From an uncultured Nitrospiraceae bacterium (GTDB lineage Bacteria; Nitrospirota; Nitrospiria; Nitrospirales; Nitrospiraceae), in the NCBI GenBank assembly GCA_963706325.1, contig CAVPLT010000007.1:800001-864000 (forward strand): a stretch of DNA of 64,000 bases, in the 5' to 3' direction. This document shows positions 19,386 to 29,355 of this stretch, in pieces. Under the pieces are notes generated by a model that was not told the DNA's origin, did not search any database, and saw nothing but the letters and a program-made list of their open reading frames with translations. The translations under genes were made by a program, and so were the position numbers. How positions within the stretch are numbered: position 1 is the stretch's first letter; each line of letters starts with the position of its first letter.

Positions 19386-20429
19386 ATGCATTATCGTAAT
19401 ATCCTGGTCATCAAGTTGCGGCACATCGGCGATGTGCTGCTTTCGACGCCCGTCCTGCGTGCCTTGCGGGACGCCTATCCCGACGCACAGTTGACTATGC
19501 TGGTCAACCGCGGGACCGAGGAGATCCTGGCGCACAATCCGGATGTGAATGAGGTGTTATGCCTCGAGAAGGGGAGTTGGGATGCTCAATGGAGCTTTGT
19601 GCAATCGTTGCGGCGTCGGGCATTCGATTGCGTGATCGACTTGACTGACGGCGATCGATCGGCCGTCATCAGTCTCGTGACCGGCGCGTCCATTCGTGTG
19701 GGTTTCAATGCCGAACATCGTTGGCGGGGAATCTTGTATAGCGCGGTGGCTACACCGCGTCCGACGGACCAGCATCGTGTGGAGTACGATCTCTGCGCCC
19801 TCCGGCATCTGGGCCTGGATCCGAAACCAGGCACACCGGTTCTGCATGTATCCCAGGGGGAGAATGTGGTGGTGGAGACGTGGCTGCGAGAGGCCGGCCT
19901 CACCACCTCGAAGGATGCCCCACCGTTGCTGTTGTTGCAACCAGGCGCGCGTTACTCCCTGAAGGTGTGGCCGCATGAACGGTTCGTTGAGCTGGCCGAT
20001 CGTCTCACCGACCGGTTCTCCTGTCGGATTCTGCTGGGCGGTGATCAGCGAGAGCGCGAGATTGCTGAGCAGATTGCCCGTAAAATGCGCGATGCGCCTA
20101 AGGTCGTGGCGGGGAGATTTTCACTGCTGCAGTTCGCCGCACTGGCGAAACACTGCGCATTGTTCATCGGGAACGACGGCGGCGCCATGCATATCGCGGC
20201 GGCGATGGGGACGCCGGTGGTGGCGCTCTTCGGGCCGACCTATCCTCGGCGATGGGGGCCCCGGGGCAGCCCGGCGCAGGTGATCTACAAGGGATTGGAT
20301 TGTCGTGCCTGTTACCATCCCGCATGCTTGCGCGGCGACGACAGCTGCATGCAGCAAATCACCGTGGACGAAGTGTTTGGGGCCGCCAGCCGGATGCTGG
20401 AGCGCACGCTTGCAGGGAGGAAGGCATGA
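19386..20429 (+). CDS. GT9 heptosyltransferase III-like (WaaQ/RfaQ-like)
   Basis: ILVIKLRHIGDVLL, DLTDGDRS, KVWP, GNDGGAMH, LFGPT. Confidence 0.85.
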   Translation: MHYRNILVIKLRHIGDVLLSTPVLRALRDAYPDAQLTMLVNRGTEEILAHNPDVNEVLCLEKGSWDAQWSFVQSLRRRAFDCVIDLTDGDRSAVISLVTGASIRVGFNAEHRWRGILYSAVATPRPTDQHRVEYDLCALRHLGLDPKPGTPVLHVSQGENVVVETWLREAGLTTSKDAPPLLLLQPGARYSLKVWPHERFVELADRLTDRFSCRILLGGDQREREIAEQIARKMRDAPKVVAGRFSLLQFAALAKHCALFIGNDGGAMHIAAAMGTPVVALFGPTYPRRWGPRGSPAQVIYKGLDCRACYHPACLRGDDSCMQQITVDEVFGAASRMLERTLAGRKA

Positions 20430-21550
20430 GTGCTCAACCCATGTCAAAAATCCGTGTGCTTCACGTGACCAATAGGCTTGAGCTCGGTGGCACGGAGAAG
20501 ACCCTTCAGATTTTCTGCCAATACCTCGACAAGTCGCGATTCGAGGTGTTTGCCTGTGGGCGTACCGGCGGCGGTGTCCGTGCGGCGGAACTCGAACGAT
20601 TCGGCATTCCAGTCTTGATCCAGCCGCGCGATCTGACACAGCTCATACGCGAGTACAAGATCGATATCTGCCATGTTCATCGGGCCGGTACGTACGAACC
20701 AGGATCACTACCCGAGAAATACCCTGGCGGGCCTCGCATCGTGGAAACCAATGTGTTCCATGCGCTCGATGAGCGAGAAGGGGACCGTATCGACTGCCAC
20801 TGCTTTGTTTCCGAGAGTTCCAAATTCACCTATCTCCGTCGCTACGGAGAGCAAACCGGCAAGCGGTACGAGGTGCTGTATAACCCAGTGGATTTTTCAG
20901 CGTTGGGTTCGGGCGACAAACCGTTCAGCTTCACGATCGGGCGCTGCAGCCGGCCGGATGACCAGAAGTGGCATGATGTCTGTCTGAACAGTCTGCCGAA
21001 AATCTTTCGGAAAGTGCCCGAGGCGCGCTGCCTGATTCAAGGGGCGACGGAGCGAGTGAAAACAAAGCTCGCAGGGCTGGGCCTGAACGGTCGGATCGAG
21101 TTGTTCGAGCCATCCGTACAGGTGGGGGATTTCTATCGGCGTCTCGATATCTTTATTCACGGCTCGCGGATCGGGGAGACGTTCGGGTGTGTCATCGCCG
21201 AAGCCATGGCCTGTGGGATTCCTGTCGTAACCCTCAGTACACCCCAGCGGAAGAAGGCGAATGCCCAGGCAGAACTGGTGGAGCACAATGTGACCGGCTT
21301 TGTCTGTCGCTGGCAATGGCAGTACGCGGGGGCAGTGATCGAGCTGTTACAGAATAAAGAGTTGCGGACCACCTTTGGCCGACGAAGTTATGAGAAAGCT
21401 CGCGAACAGTTTGATGCATCTATGCTGACAAAGAAGTTGGAACAACTGTACCTGGATCTGATGGATACGCCCCGTAGCGAGAGGGAGAACGCACCGGAGA
21501 TCTTACGTCCGTGGACTGGAGAAGGCCGGTTGTGGGAAAGGGTTGGCTGA
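20426..21550 (+). CDS. GT4 glycosyltransferase
   Basis: IRVLHV..LELGGTEK, LYNPVD, GETFGCVIAEAMACGIPVV. Confidence 0.88.
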   Translation: MSAQPMSKIRVLHVTNRLELGGTEKTLQIFCQYLDKSRFEVFACGRTGGGVRAAELERFGIPVLIQPRDLTQLIREYKIDICHVHRAGTYEPGSLPEKYPGGPRIVETNVFHALDEREGDRIDCHCFVSESSKFTYLRRYGEQTGKRYEVLYNPVDFSALGSGDKPFSFTIGRCSRPDDQKWHDVCLNSLPKIFRKVPEARCLIQGATERVKTKLAGLGLNGRIELFEPSVQVGDFYRRLDIFIHGSRIGETFGCVIAEAMACGIPVVTLSTPQRKKANAQAELVEHNVTGFVCRWQWQYAGAVIELLQNKELRTTFGRRSYEKAREQFDASMLTKKLEQLYLDLMDTPRSERENAPEILRPWTGEGRLWERVG

Positions 21551-21552
21551 TC

Positions 21553-22033
21553 GTGGTTGTCATCGACCTTGGTTGCGGGAAAAGTAAGCGACGGGAGGCA
21601 TTCGGCTTTGACTGCCGGAAGGAGCTGGGCGTGAATGCCCTGTGCGACATCGAACGGCCGCTGCCGCTGAAAAGCAATTGCGCCGATGTCGTCCACTTGA
21701 GCCATGTCATGGAACACGTTCGCAATCTGATCCCGTTCATGGAGGAAGTCTATCGCATTTGCAAGTCGGGAGCGGAAATCCAGGTTACGGTTCCCTACTA
21801 TACGTCGCGTGGGGCGTTTCGCGATCCGACCCACGTTCGATACATCGCCGAAGATACCTTCCAATATTTCGAACAACCGACCGACTACGGGTGCAGACCA
21901 ATTTTCGCATCGAAGCTATTCACTAGCATACGCGCAAACCCTTTCGATAATTGCCAGAGTATGTGCGCAAACGTTGCTCGAATCATCTGTTGAACGTGGT
22001 GGAGAACATCCACGTACTGCTCCGGGTAGTGAA
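21553..22033 (+). pseudogene. Class I SAM methyltransferase, disrupted
   Basis: IDLGCG, SHVMEH, EVYRICK, VPYY...AFRDPTH; frame change at about 21889-21891, then TAG (21924) and TAA (21948) in the continuing frame; end approximate. Confidence 0.75.
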
Positions 22034-22070
22034 ATCCCAGACGACTTGGCCATCCCGCCAAACGATCCGC

Positions 22071-23150
22071 ATGAAGGTCCTCTATCTGACAGATCCGGAA
22101 CTCGACTATCTGGCCGATCAGGTTTACGACGGGCTCTGTGCCATCTTAGGGTGGCAGAATGTCTTTGACTTCCCGCGGAAAGCAGCGTACCACGACCCCG
22201 AAGCGCGCGTGGGCTATCTCGGTCAGAATCCGGGGCACAGCTATGGATTGGAGGATTTCGCCGGGATGATCCGCGAACGCCAAGTTGATCTGGCGATACT
22301 GTCCTCTCCCCGGCGTGGAGTGGTGGAGGCTTGCCGCGCACTTGCGGCGCGAGTCGAGCTTACCCCCGTGGTGTTACTGGACGGGGAGGACGACAGCCGG
22401 ATTCGTGAGGATCTTTTCCGGTCTGTCGGAGCGGCATTGTACTTCAAGCGCGAATTTCCCATTGGCGTCAGAAGGCGGGGCGGACCCTGGTTCACATCCG
22501 GTGGGCGATCCGACTCGACCGATCTTATCGGCCGGACGTATCCGCTACCGTTTTCAGTCACGGGCGCTGCGCTGGCAATCGCGCCGGATGTTCCCAGAGA
22601 TGTCGACATTTCATTTGTCGGAAGAGCCTCCCATCACAAACGTGTGAGAGCGGTCAGGCTGCTGAAAGAGGCCACGGATCTTCGTTTCGAGGGTGGGGTC
22701 TATGTGAATTCAACTGACCGGTCTTCGAAGGTCGCGGAGTCCTGGGTTGGGGCTATGGCGGCGAAGCTGATAGGAGACCCGCCCGCCAGGGGATCGATTC
22801 AAAAGATACAGCCTGAGGAGTATCGCGCATTGCTCCACCGGTCAAAAATGGCGTTGTCGGTACGGGGAGGGGGTTTCGACACCGTTCGCTACTGGGAAAT
22901 TCCGGCCTCTGGGGCGTTGCTCATTTCGGAGAGGCCCGATATCGTGATTCCTCATAATTTCGAGCACGGCGTCCATGCAATTTTTTGCCGGCCCGATTTG
23001 CAGGATCTCCCGGGATGGGTGCGACAGCTGCGGGACGATAAGCCCGAGCGGACACGGATGGCGGAGGCGGCCCACCGACACCTGCTGGCCTTCCACACGT
23101 CGGAACACCGGGCGACATATTTGCTCGATCTCTGCCGACGGTTGCTATGA
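22071..23150 (+). CDS. Glycosyltransferase, CgeB/Glyco_trans_1_2-like
   Basis: YFKRE, DISFVG, SKMALSVRGGGFDTVRYWEIPASGALL, HT..HRA. Confidence 0.8.
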   Translation: MKVLYLTDPELDYLADQVYDGLCAILGWQNVFDFPRKAAYHDPEARVGYLGQNPGHSYGLEDFAGMIRERQVDLAILSSPRRGVVEACRALAARVELTPVVLLDGEDDSRIREDLFRSVGAALYFKREFPIGVRRRGGPWFTSGGRSDSTDLIGRTYPLPFSVTGAALAIAPDVPRDVDISFVGRASHHKRVRAVRLLKEATDLRFEGGVYVNSTDRSSKVAESWVGAMAAKLIGDPPARGSIQKIQPEEYRALLHRSKMALSVRGGGFDTVRYWEIPASGALLISERPDIVIPHNFEHGVHAIFCRPDLQDLPGWVRQLRDDKPERTRMAEAAHRHLLAFHTSEHRATYLLDLCRRLL

Positions 23151-23160
23151 GGATGTTCCG

Positions 23161-23952
23161 ATGAAATCAGTGAGCCTGGTCATCGCACTCTACAATCAGG
23201 TCGATTATACCCGCCGTTGTATCGCATCGATTATGGAGTGTACCCCGCGTCCGTTCGAATTGATTCTCATCGATAACGGATGCGTGGATGGCACTGCTGA
23301 ATACTTGCGCACCGTCGACGCCACTGTCATCACTAACGACACGAACCTCGGCTGTGCCAAGGCCTGGAATCAGGGCATTCGCGCCAGTCGCGGGCAGATC
23401 GTCGGCATCCTGAACAACGATATCGTGGTGACGCCGGCTTGGATCGAGAGGCTCTGTGCTTTCATGGAACGGGGACAGTATGGAATTGTTTGTCCCTCTG
23501 CTCGCGAAGGTCTTCTCGACTATGATCTACAGGCCTACGCCTGCGACTTTACGAGTGCCTGTGCCGAGGCGGTTCGTGAGGATCTCTACGCTCCCTGCAT
23601 GCTGATCCATCGGGGCGTGTTCGATCGCATCGGTTTATTCGACGACGTGTTCTCCTACGGAGGCTGCGAAGACACCGATTTTCGCTGGCGGACGGAGCAG
23701 GCGGGCTTCAGAGTCGCGATGACGGGAGCCGTCCTGATTCACCATTTTTCGATGGTGACGCAGAACTCGATCAAGCGCACGGAGACGGATCAATATTGGA
23801 ACCACAACATGGCGCACTTTCGGAAGAAATGGGGGCGAACTATTCGAGGGAACTGGTTCGAACGGCGATGGACCGATTTAAGAAACAAGTGGGTGAAGGG
23901 ATATGAGCGGTTCCGCTTCGGTCATACGCTGGTCGAAAAGCCCTTTCAATGA
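23161..23952 (+). CDS. GT2 glycosyltransferase
   Basis: VSLVIALYN, IDNG..DGT, NLG.AKAWNQG, ILNND, IGLFD, EDTD; SD GAGGA. Confidence 0.9.
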   Translation: MKSVSLVIALYNQVDYTRRCIASIMECTPRPFELILIDNGCVDGTAEYLRTVDATVITNDTNLGCAKAWNQGIRASRGQIVGILNNDIVVTPAWIERLCAFMERGQYGIVCPSAREGLLDYDLQAYACDFTSACAEAVREDLYAPCMLIHRGVFDRIGLFDDVFSYGGCEDTDFRWRTEQAGFRVAMTGAVLIHHFSMVTQNSIKRTETDQYWNHNMAHFRKKWGRTIRGNWFERRWTDLRNKWVKGYERFRFGHTLVEKPFQ

Positions 23953-24039
23953 GCCCACAGGCGGCGTCTCTGGGTCTCATGCAACCGGCCGGTTGCCGTG
24001 CGGCGCGTCCTGCGTGACGACTCGACGAAGACGTAAGCC

Positions 24040-25122
24040 ATGAGAATTGCGATTGCCGCATGGCATCTCAAGAATCCACATGTCGGAATCGGACGGTACG
24101 CTCGAGAATTGATCGAAGCCTTAGGGCGCGTCGATCATACAAATCAGTACGAGGTGCTGCTTCCTTGCGCGGAACATCCGTTTACTCCTCGTCCAAACAT
24201 GCAGTTTCGCGTCGTTCGCTTTCCGCTGTTCCGTCGCCGATTCTGGGAGCAGGTCGCACCGCTGTTGGTCGGCCCATACGATGTACTGCATTTCCCATAC
24301 GATTCCTGTGTGGCATGGAAGCGCGGGAAGTTCGTCTCTACCATCCATGATGTCAAGCCATTGCTGTTTCCGGAGCTGCGTGCCCGCACGAGCCTGAATC
24401 GCCGAATCGAGCGGTGGCTGGTCGGGGATCGATGGAAGACGATCGACCATGTCATCACCATCTCCGAACATTCACGACAAGATCTCTTGCGGCACGTGCC
24501 GCTCCGTTCCGACCAGGTGACGGTGACTCCACTGGGCCTCGATACCGAGCGTTTTCGACCTGCCGATCACCGTCAGGGAGGACGCCCCTACGTATTCTGT
24601 GTAGCCGGCGCCGACCCGACAAAAAACGTCGGCTGTCTCGTGGAAGCGTATGCAAAGCTGTCCAAAGGACTTCGCGGTCGCTTCGATCTTGTACTCGCCG
24701 GGGATGTGTGTAAACGGACGGATATTCGAGCGGCCATCGATCGCCTGGGTATCGGCGCGCGGAGCAAACTCATCGGACGGGTATCGGACGAGGAGCTTAT
24801 TGCCTACTATCAGCAAGCTACGGTGTTTGTGTTTCCCTCGCTGTATGAAGGCTTCGGTCTGCCTGTGTTGGAGGCGATGGGTTGCGGTTGTCCCGTGATC
24901 TGTTCAAGTCTGTCCTCGTTGCCTGAGGTGGCCGGCGATGCTGCGTTACTGATCGATCCCAAAGACAGCGGACAACTCGCCGCTGATCTGTCCCGTGTCC
25001 TGGAGTCGCCTGCGCTGCAGGGTGAATTGAGGGCTAGGGGTGTGGCGAGAGCAGGCCAATTCTCCTGGGACCGCACCGCCTCTGCCACGGTGGAAGTCTA
25101 TCAGCGTCTGGCCGGCCCATAG
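24040..25122 (+). CDS. GT4 glycosyltransferase (MtfB-like)
   Basis: GIGRY, STIHD, TISEHS, FPSLYEGFGLPVLEAMGCG, FSWD. Confidence 0.92.
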   Translation: MRIAIAAWHLKNPHVGIGRYARELIEALGRVDHTNQYEVLLPCAEHPFTPRPNMQFRVVRFPLFRRRFWEQVAPLLVGPYDVLHFPYDSCVAWKRGKFVSTIHDVKPLLFPELRARTSLNRRIERWLVGDRWKTIDHVITISEHSRQDLLRHVPLRSDQVTVTPLGLDTERFRPADHRQGGRPYVFCVAGADPTKNVGCLVEAYAKLSKGLRGRFDLVLAGDVCKRTDIRAAIDRLGIGARSKLIGRVSDEELIAYYQQATVFVFPSLYEGFGLPVLEAMGCGCPVICSSLSSLPEVAGDAALLIDPKDSGQLAADLSRVLESPALQGELRARGVARAGQFSWDRTASATVEVYQRLAGP

Positions 25123-25251
25123 ACTGCCACCTATCGTTTGATGTCCATCCGTTGTGTCGGTGAAGCCGCAACATGCTTATTACTCGACAGAGCGGCGCGC
25201 CTGTGTTGTCATTTGTCGTCCTCTGTCTGTGGTCCGCAGGTGACGAAATAA

Positions 25252-26454
25252 ATGAACGAAAAGACCTGTGATTTTCTCATTGTCGGGGCCGGAGTGATCG
25301 GGGTTTCCATGGCCAGGGAGATCAAGCGTCGGTATGGCGCTACGGTCGTGGTGTTGGAAAAGGAGGCCACGGCTGCTTTGCATGCCAGCGGCCGCAACAG
25401 CGGCGTGCTGCATGCGGGCGTCTATTACAAGGCGGGGACGCTCAAAGCCAGATTGTGCGTGGAGGGCAACCGGCGCTTACGGGCCTATTGTCAGGAAAAG
25501 GCCATTATGCTCAACGATCATGGCAAGGTGATTGTCGCGCGGACGGAAGCGGAGTTGCCCGCATTACGCGAGTTGCATGCACGATCTCAGTCCAATGGAG
25601 TGCGTGCGAGCCTGCTTGATCCGCAGGCGCTGAAAGAGGTCGAGCCCTGTGCCAAAACGGTCCAACAGGCCTTGTATGTGAAAGACACGGCGGTGGTGAA
25701 TCCTCAGCATGTCATGGCTGCCATGGTGGCCGATGCCGAGCGCGAGGGAGTGCAGTTCTGGTTCGGCTGTGCCTGGCAAGGGCGCGAGGGCGAGGCGACA
25801 GTAAGAACCACTCGCGGCGATGTGTCGTACGGCCATCTGGTAAATTGCGCGGGACTGTTTGCCGATCGTCTCGCACAGGCTTATGGGGTTGGGCAACACT
25901 TCAGAATTTTACCCTTTCGCGGGCAGTTTTTTCGGCTGCGTCCAGAATCCAAACTGCAGGTTCGGGGCAACATTTATCCGGTGCCGGATCTACGGAATCC
26001 CTTTCTGGGGGTCCACTTTACGCGGAGGCCGGAAGGCGACGTCACGATCGGCCCATCGGCCCTTCCGCTGCTGGGGCGCGAGCAGTATCAGGGCATGACG
26101 GGTGCGACGTTCGGCGATAGTCTGACGATGCTGACCTATCTGATGCGACTCTTTGGTCGCAATCGCGACCATTTTCGCTCGATCGCTTGGACGGAGATGG
26201 TGAAACTCACGCGCACGGGGTTTTTTCGTGAGGCCGAAGCGTTGGGAGTGGGATTCGAGAAAGCGGATCTGCTGCCGGGTAAAGAGCCCGGCATCCGGGC
26301 ACAATTGATTGATATCAGATCGGCGGAGCTCGTGAGTGATTTTGTCATCGAGCCAGGGCCTCGGTCGACTCACGTGTTGAATGCGGTTTCGCCGGCCTTC
26401 ACCGCCTCGCTCCCTTTTGCCGAGCATGTCGTCGACAACATGGACGTTGAATAG
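25252..26454 (+). CDS. lhgO: FAD-dependent oxidoreductase, L-2-hydroxyglutarate oxidase (LhgO) family
   Basis: IVGAGVIG, HASGRNSGVLHAG.YY, NCAGLFADR, IYPVPD...PFLGVHFT, GIRAQ, NAVSPAFTAS. Confidence 0.8.
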   Translation: MNEKTCDFLIVGAGVIGVSMAREIKRRYGATVVVLEKEATAALHASGRNSGVLHAGVYYKAGTLKARLCVEGNRRLRAYCQEKAIMLNDHGKVIVARTEAELPALRELHARSQSNGVRASLLDPQALKEVEPCAKTVQQALYVKDTAVVNPQHVMAAMVADAEREGVQFWFGCAWQGREGEATVRTTRGDVSYGHLVNCAGLFADRLAQAYGVGQHFRILPFRGQFFRLRPESKLQVRGNIYPVPDLRNPFLGVHFTRRPEGDVTIGPSALPLLGREQYQGMTGATFGDSLTMLTYLMRLFGRNRDHFRSIAWTEMVKLTRTGFFREAEALGVGFEKADLLPGKEPGIRAQLIDIRSAELVSDFVIEPGPRSTHVLNAVSPAFTASLPFAEHVVDNMDVE

Positions 26455-26599
26455 ATTCCTGTGGACCATGCTCGAATTTTCTGGTCTGACTCCCGGTGAA
26501 ACGCTAAGATGCAGTCGTCTGATGGTCGGTCATGACTGCCGTGCGATAATATAGAAATGCTCGTCTGATCTACTCATACTGTTGCGTTGGGGGTGCCGG

Positions 26600-27334
26600 A
26601 TGAAGGGTGTCGTGCTTGCCGGAGGCCTTGGTTCTCGACTGCTTCCTCTTACTAAAGTGACGAATAAACATCTGTTGCCGGTCTATGACAAGCCGATGAT
26701 CTATTACCCGATTCAAACGCTCGTGAACGCCGGCATCACGGAAGTCATGCTGGTGACTGGCGGCAACAGCGCAGGGGATTTTCTCAAGTTGCTGGGGAAC
26801 GGCAAGGATTTCGGGCTCAAGCATTTGAGTTATACCTACCAGCAGGGCGAAGGTGGCATCGCTGATGCCTTGCGTTTGGCGGAGCATTTTGCGGACGAGG
26901 GGCCAATCTGTGTCGTGCTGGGAGACAACCTGATTCAGGGCAATATCGCCAAGGCGGCCGCAGCGTTTCGCGCGCAACAAACCGGCGCCAAGATTCTGCT
27001 GAAGGAAGTGAAGGATCCCCAGCGGTTCGGGGTACCCCATCTCCAGGGCGACCGGGTGCTGAGCATTGAGGAGAAGCCGGCGCAACCGCGCTCGTCCTAT
27101 GCGGTGACCGGGATCTATTTTTACGATGCGCGGGTGTTCGAGATTACCCGGACGCTCAAGCCGTCCGGCCGCGGCGAACTGGAAATTACGGATGTCAACA
27201 ATGCGTACATTGCGTCCGGCGCATTGACGTGGAATGTGTTGGATGGCTGGTGGACCGATGCCGGCACGATCGAGTCGCTCCTCGCAGCCAATCAACTGGT
27301 AGCTCAGACAGGAGCGAATAGGATGGAGTTCTAG
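26600..27334 (+). CDS. rmlA: Glucose-1-phosphate thymidylyltransferase (short form)
   Basis: LAGGLGSRL.PLT...NKHLLPVYDKPMI, LGDN, EEKP, SGRGELEITD, WTDAGT. Confidence 0.9.
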   Translation: MKGVVLAGGLGSRLLPLTKVTNKHLLPVYDKPMIYYPIQTLVNAGITEVMLVTGGNSAGDFLKLLGNGKDFGLKHLSYTYQQGEGGIADALRLAEHFADEGPICVVLGDNLIQGNIAKAAAAFRAQQTGAKILLKEVKDPQRFGVPHLQGDRVLSIEEKPAQPRSSYAVTGIYFYDARVFEITRTLKPSGRGELEITDVNNAYIASGALTWNVLDGWWTDAGTIESLLAANQLVAQTGANRMEF

Positions 27335-27335
27335 C

Positions 27336-28364
27336 ATGCGTATTCTCGTGACGGGCGGCGCGGGCTTCATTGGGTCCCATTTGGTACGCCGACTGATTCA
27401 GACCGGACGCCATGCGGTCGTGAATCTCGACGCGCTCAAGTATTCCGGCAATCTTGAGAATCTTACGGACTTGGTCGGTCATCCAGACTATACCTTCGCG
27501 CATGGCGATATCTGCGATCAGCCGTTGGTGCATGGGATACTGAAAGAGCACCGGATCGAAGGTATCATCAATTGCGCCGCGGAGACCCATGTCGATCGCT
27601 CGATCCTTGATCCGGGGGCATTTGCCCGCACGGATGTAGTCGGCACCGGTGTGTTATTGGAGGAGGCTCGCCAGGCCGGTATCCGGCGCTTTCTGCAAGT
27701 CAGCACCGATGAAGTATATGGAAGTGTGGAGCAGGGGAGTTCCACAGAGGAAGACCGGCTGGAGCCGCGGAGCCCCTATTCGGCGAGCAAGGCGGGCGGG
27801 GAACTGTTGGTCATGAGTTATTGGACCACCTACAGGTTTCCTGTTGTCGTTACGCGCGGCAGCAATACGTATGGTCCGAATCAGTATCCCGAGAAATTTA
27901 TTCCCCTGTTTGTGACGAACGCGATCGATGGCGAGGCACTCCCGCTCTACGGCGACGGCAAGCACTGTCGGGATTGGCTCTCGGTCTATGATCATGTGGC
28001 GGGTATCGAGCATGTGTTTGATCACGGCCAACCGGGGGAAATCTACAACCTCGGCGGAGGGAACGAACGCGAGAACGTGACTGTGGCCGAACAGATCGTG
28101 ACGACGCTGGGCCAATCGCGCGCCCTTATCCGCTTTGTGGAGGATCGGCCGGGGCATGATCGTCGATATGCGGTCGATTGCCGCCGGTTGCGCGCATTGG
28201 GATGGGAGCCGAAGGTGCGGTTCGAAGAAGGATTGAAGCAGACCGTCGAATGGTATCGCACGCATGAGAGCTGGTGGCGAACGATCAAGTCCGGTGAGTT
28301 CAAGGCATACTATCAGCAGCAGTATGCGAAACGGTTGCAAAAGGGAACGGCGTGCGGATCGTAA
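27336..28364 (+). CDS. rmlB: dTDP-glucose 4,6-dehydratase
   Basis: GGAGFIGS, AAETHVDRSI, STDEVYG, YSASK, QYPEK, DRPGHDRRY. Confidence 0.95.
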   Translation: MRILVTGGAGFIGSHLVRRLIQTGRHAVVNLDALKYSGNLENLTDLVGHPDYTFAHGDICDQPLVHGILKEHRIEGIINCAAETHVDRSILDPGAFARTDVVGTGVLLEEARQAGIRRFLQVSTDEVYGSVEQGSSTEEDRLEPRSPYSASKAGGELLVMSYWTTYRFPVVVTRGSNTYGPNQYPEKFIPLFVTNAIDGEALPLYGDGKHCRDWLSVYDHVAGIEHVFDHGQPGEIYNLGGGNERENVTVAEQIVTTLGQSRALIRFVEDRPGHDRRYAVDCRRLRALGWEPKVRFEEGLKQTVEWYRTHESWWRTIKSGEFKAYYQQQYAKRLQKGTACGS

Positions 28365-29203
28365 TCACCGGCGCGCAGGGACAGCTGGGCACAGACCTTC
28401 GACAGACGTTGAGGGGCCATCAATTGACGGCGCTCGACCTCCCAACGTTTGATCTCACTGATCCCGACTGTGCGCGGGCCATCGTGGATGCGGCCCCGGA
28501 GGTTGTAATTCACGCGGGTGCGTACACTGATGTGGATGGGGCAGAACGGAACCCCGGCCTGGCCATGACGGTGAATGCCGAGGGAACAGAACGGGTGGCC
28601 AGCGCCGCCGCCAAGACTGGGGCCCGGCTCATCTATATCTCGACCGATTATGTGTTCGATGGTCAAGGGACCCACCCCTATGTCGAAACGGATCTGACCA
28701 ATCCTCTCAGTGTCTATGGCGAGTCTAAGTGCCTAGGCGAGCAGCGGGCTTTGGCCGGCTGTGACAATTCATTGGTGGTGCGCACGGCGTGGCTCTACGG
28801 CAGGCACGGCAAGAATTTCGTCAAGACCATGCTGCAGCTCGCGGCCGAACGACCCTGTTTGAAAGTCGTGGCGGATCAGCATGGCTGCCCGACCTTTTCC
28901 GAAGACCTTGCGGGCATGATCGGGCGCCTCGTTGCGCATTCGGTGCGGGGCATTTTGCATGTCACGAATGAGGGCCACTGTACCTGGCATGAATTCGCCT
29001 CGGAAATTGTCAGATTGTCCAGGCTGGAAGTTCCCGTCGAGCCGATCACCACGGGAGACATGCCCAGGCCAGCAAAGCGACCGGCCTATTCCGTGTTGTC
29101 GGCAGCTCGTCTCCATCAGCTAGGGCTCAGAATGCCTACTTGGCAGGACGGGCTGCAGCGATTCCTCAAGACGTTTCCGGTGGTCTCATCAGCTGCTTCT
29201 TAG
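28352..29203 (+). CDS. rmlD: dTDP-4-dehydrorhamnose reductase
   Basis: GAQGQLG, AYTDVD, ISTDYVFDG, YGESK, RTAWLY, AKRPAYSVL. Confidence 0.95.
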   Translation: MRIVITGAQGQLGTDLRQTLRGHQLTALDLPTFDLTDPDCARAIVDAAPEVVIHAGAYTDVDGAERNPGLAMTVNAEGTERVASAAAKTGARLIYISTDYVFDGQGTHPYVETDLTNPLSVYGESKCLGEQRALAGCDNSLVVRTAWLYGRHGKNFVKTMLQLAAERPCLKVVADQHGCPTFSEDLAGMIGRLVAHSVRGILHVTNEGHCTWHEFASEIVRLSRLEVPVEPITTGDMPRPAKRPAYSVLSAARLHQLGLRMPTWQDGLQRFLKTFPVVSSAAS

Positions 29204-29294
29204 GTATGCCTCCAACGCATTTCTTATAACATTTCAGCCTCGTTCCAGTTTATGGCTAGCCTACGGCAGGGTTGTGTCCATCACAGCACATTTC

Positions 29295-29323
29295 TTGTGC
29301 AACCCACGTGTTTTCTCTATACT
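29295..29323 (+). promoter_or_regulatory. Candidate sigma70 promoter
   Basis: TTGTGC (29295-29300), 17-nt spacer, TATACT (29318-29323) in the 405-bp gap after rmlD. Confidence 0.55.
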
Positions 29324-29355
29324 GCGGTCCCGCGATGATCTGGGCCGCTCTGGTT

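Noticed and set aside
21924..21950. Stop-codon readthrough (pyrrolysine-like TAG) in the methyltransferase
   Set aside because: A TAA and a frameshift accompany it; decay is the simpler explanation
26470..26560. Possible promoter and stem upstream of rmlA
   Set aside because: TAAGAT and TGcGATAAT are plausible -10 boxes but there is no clear -35; too ambiguous to annotate
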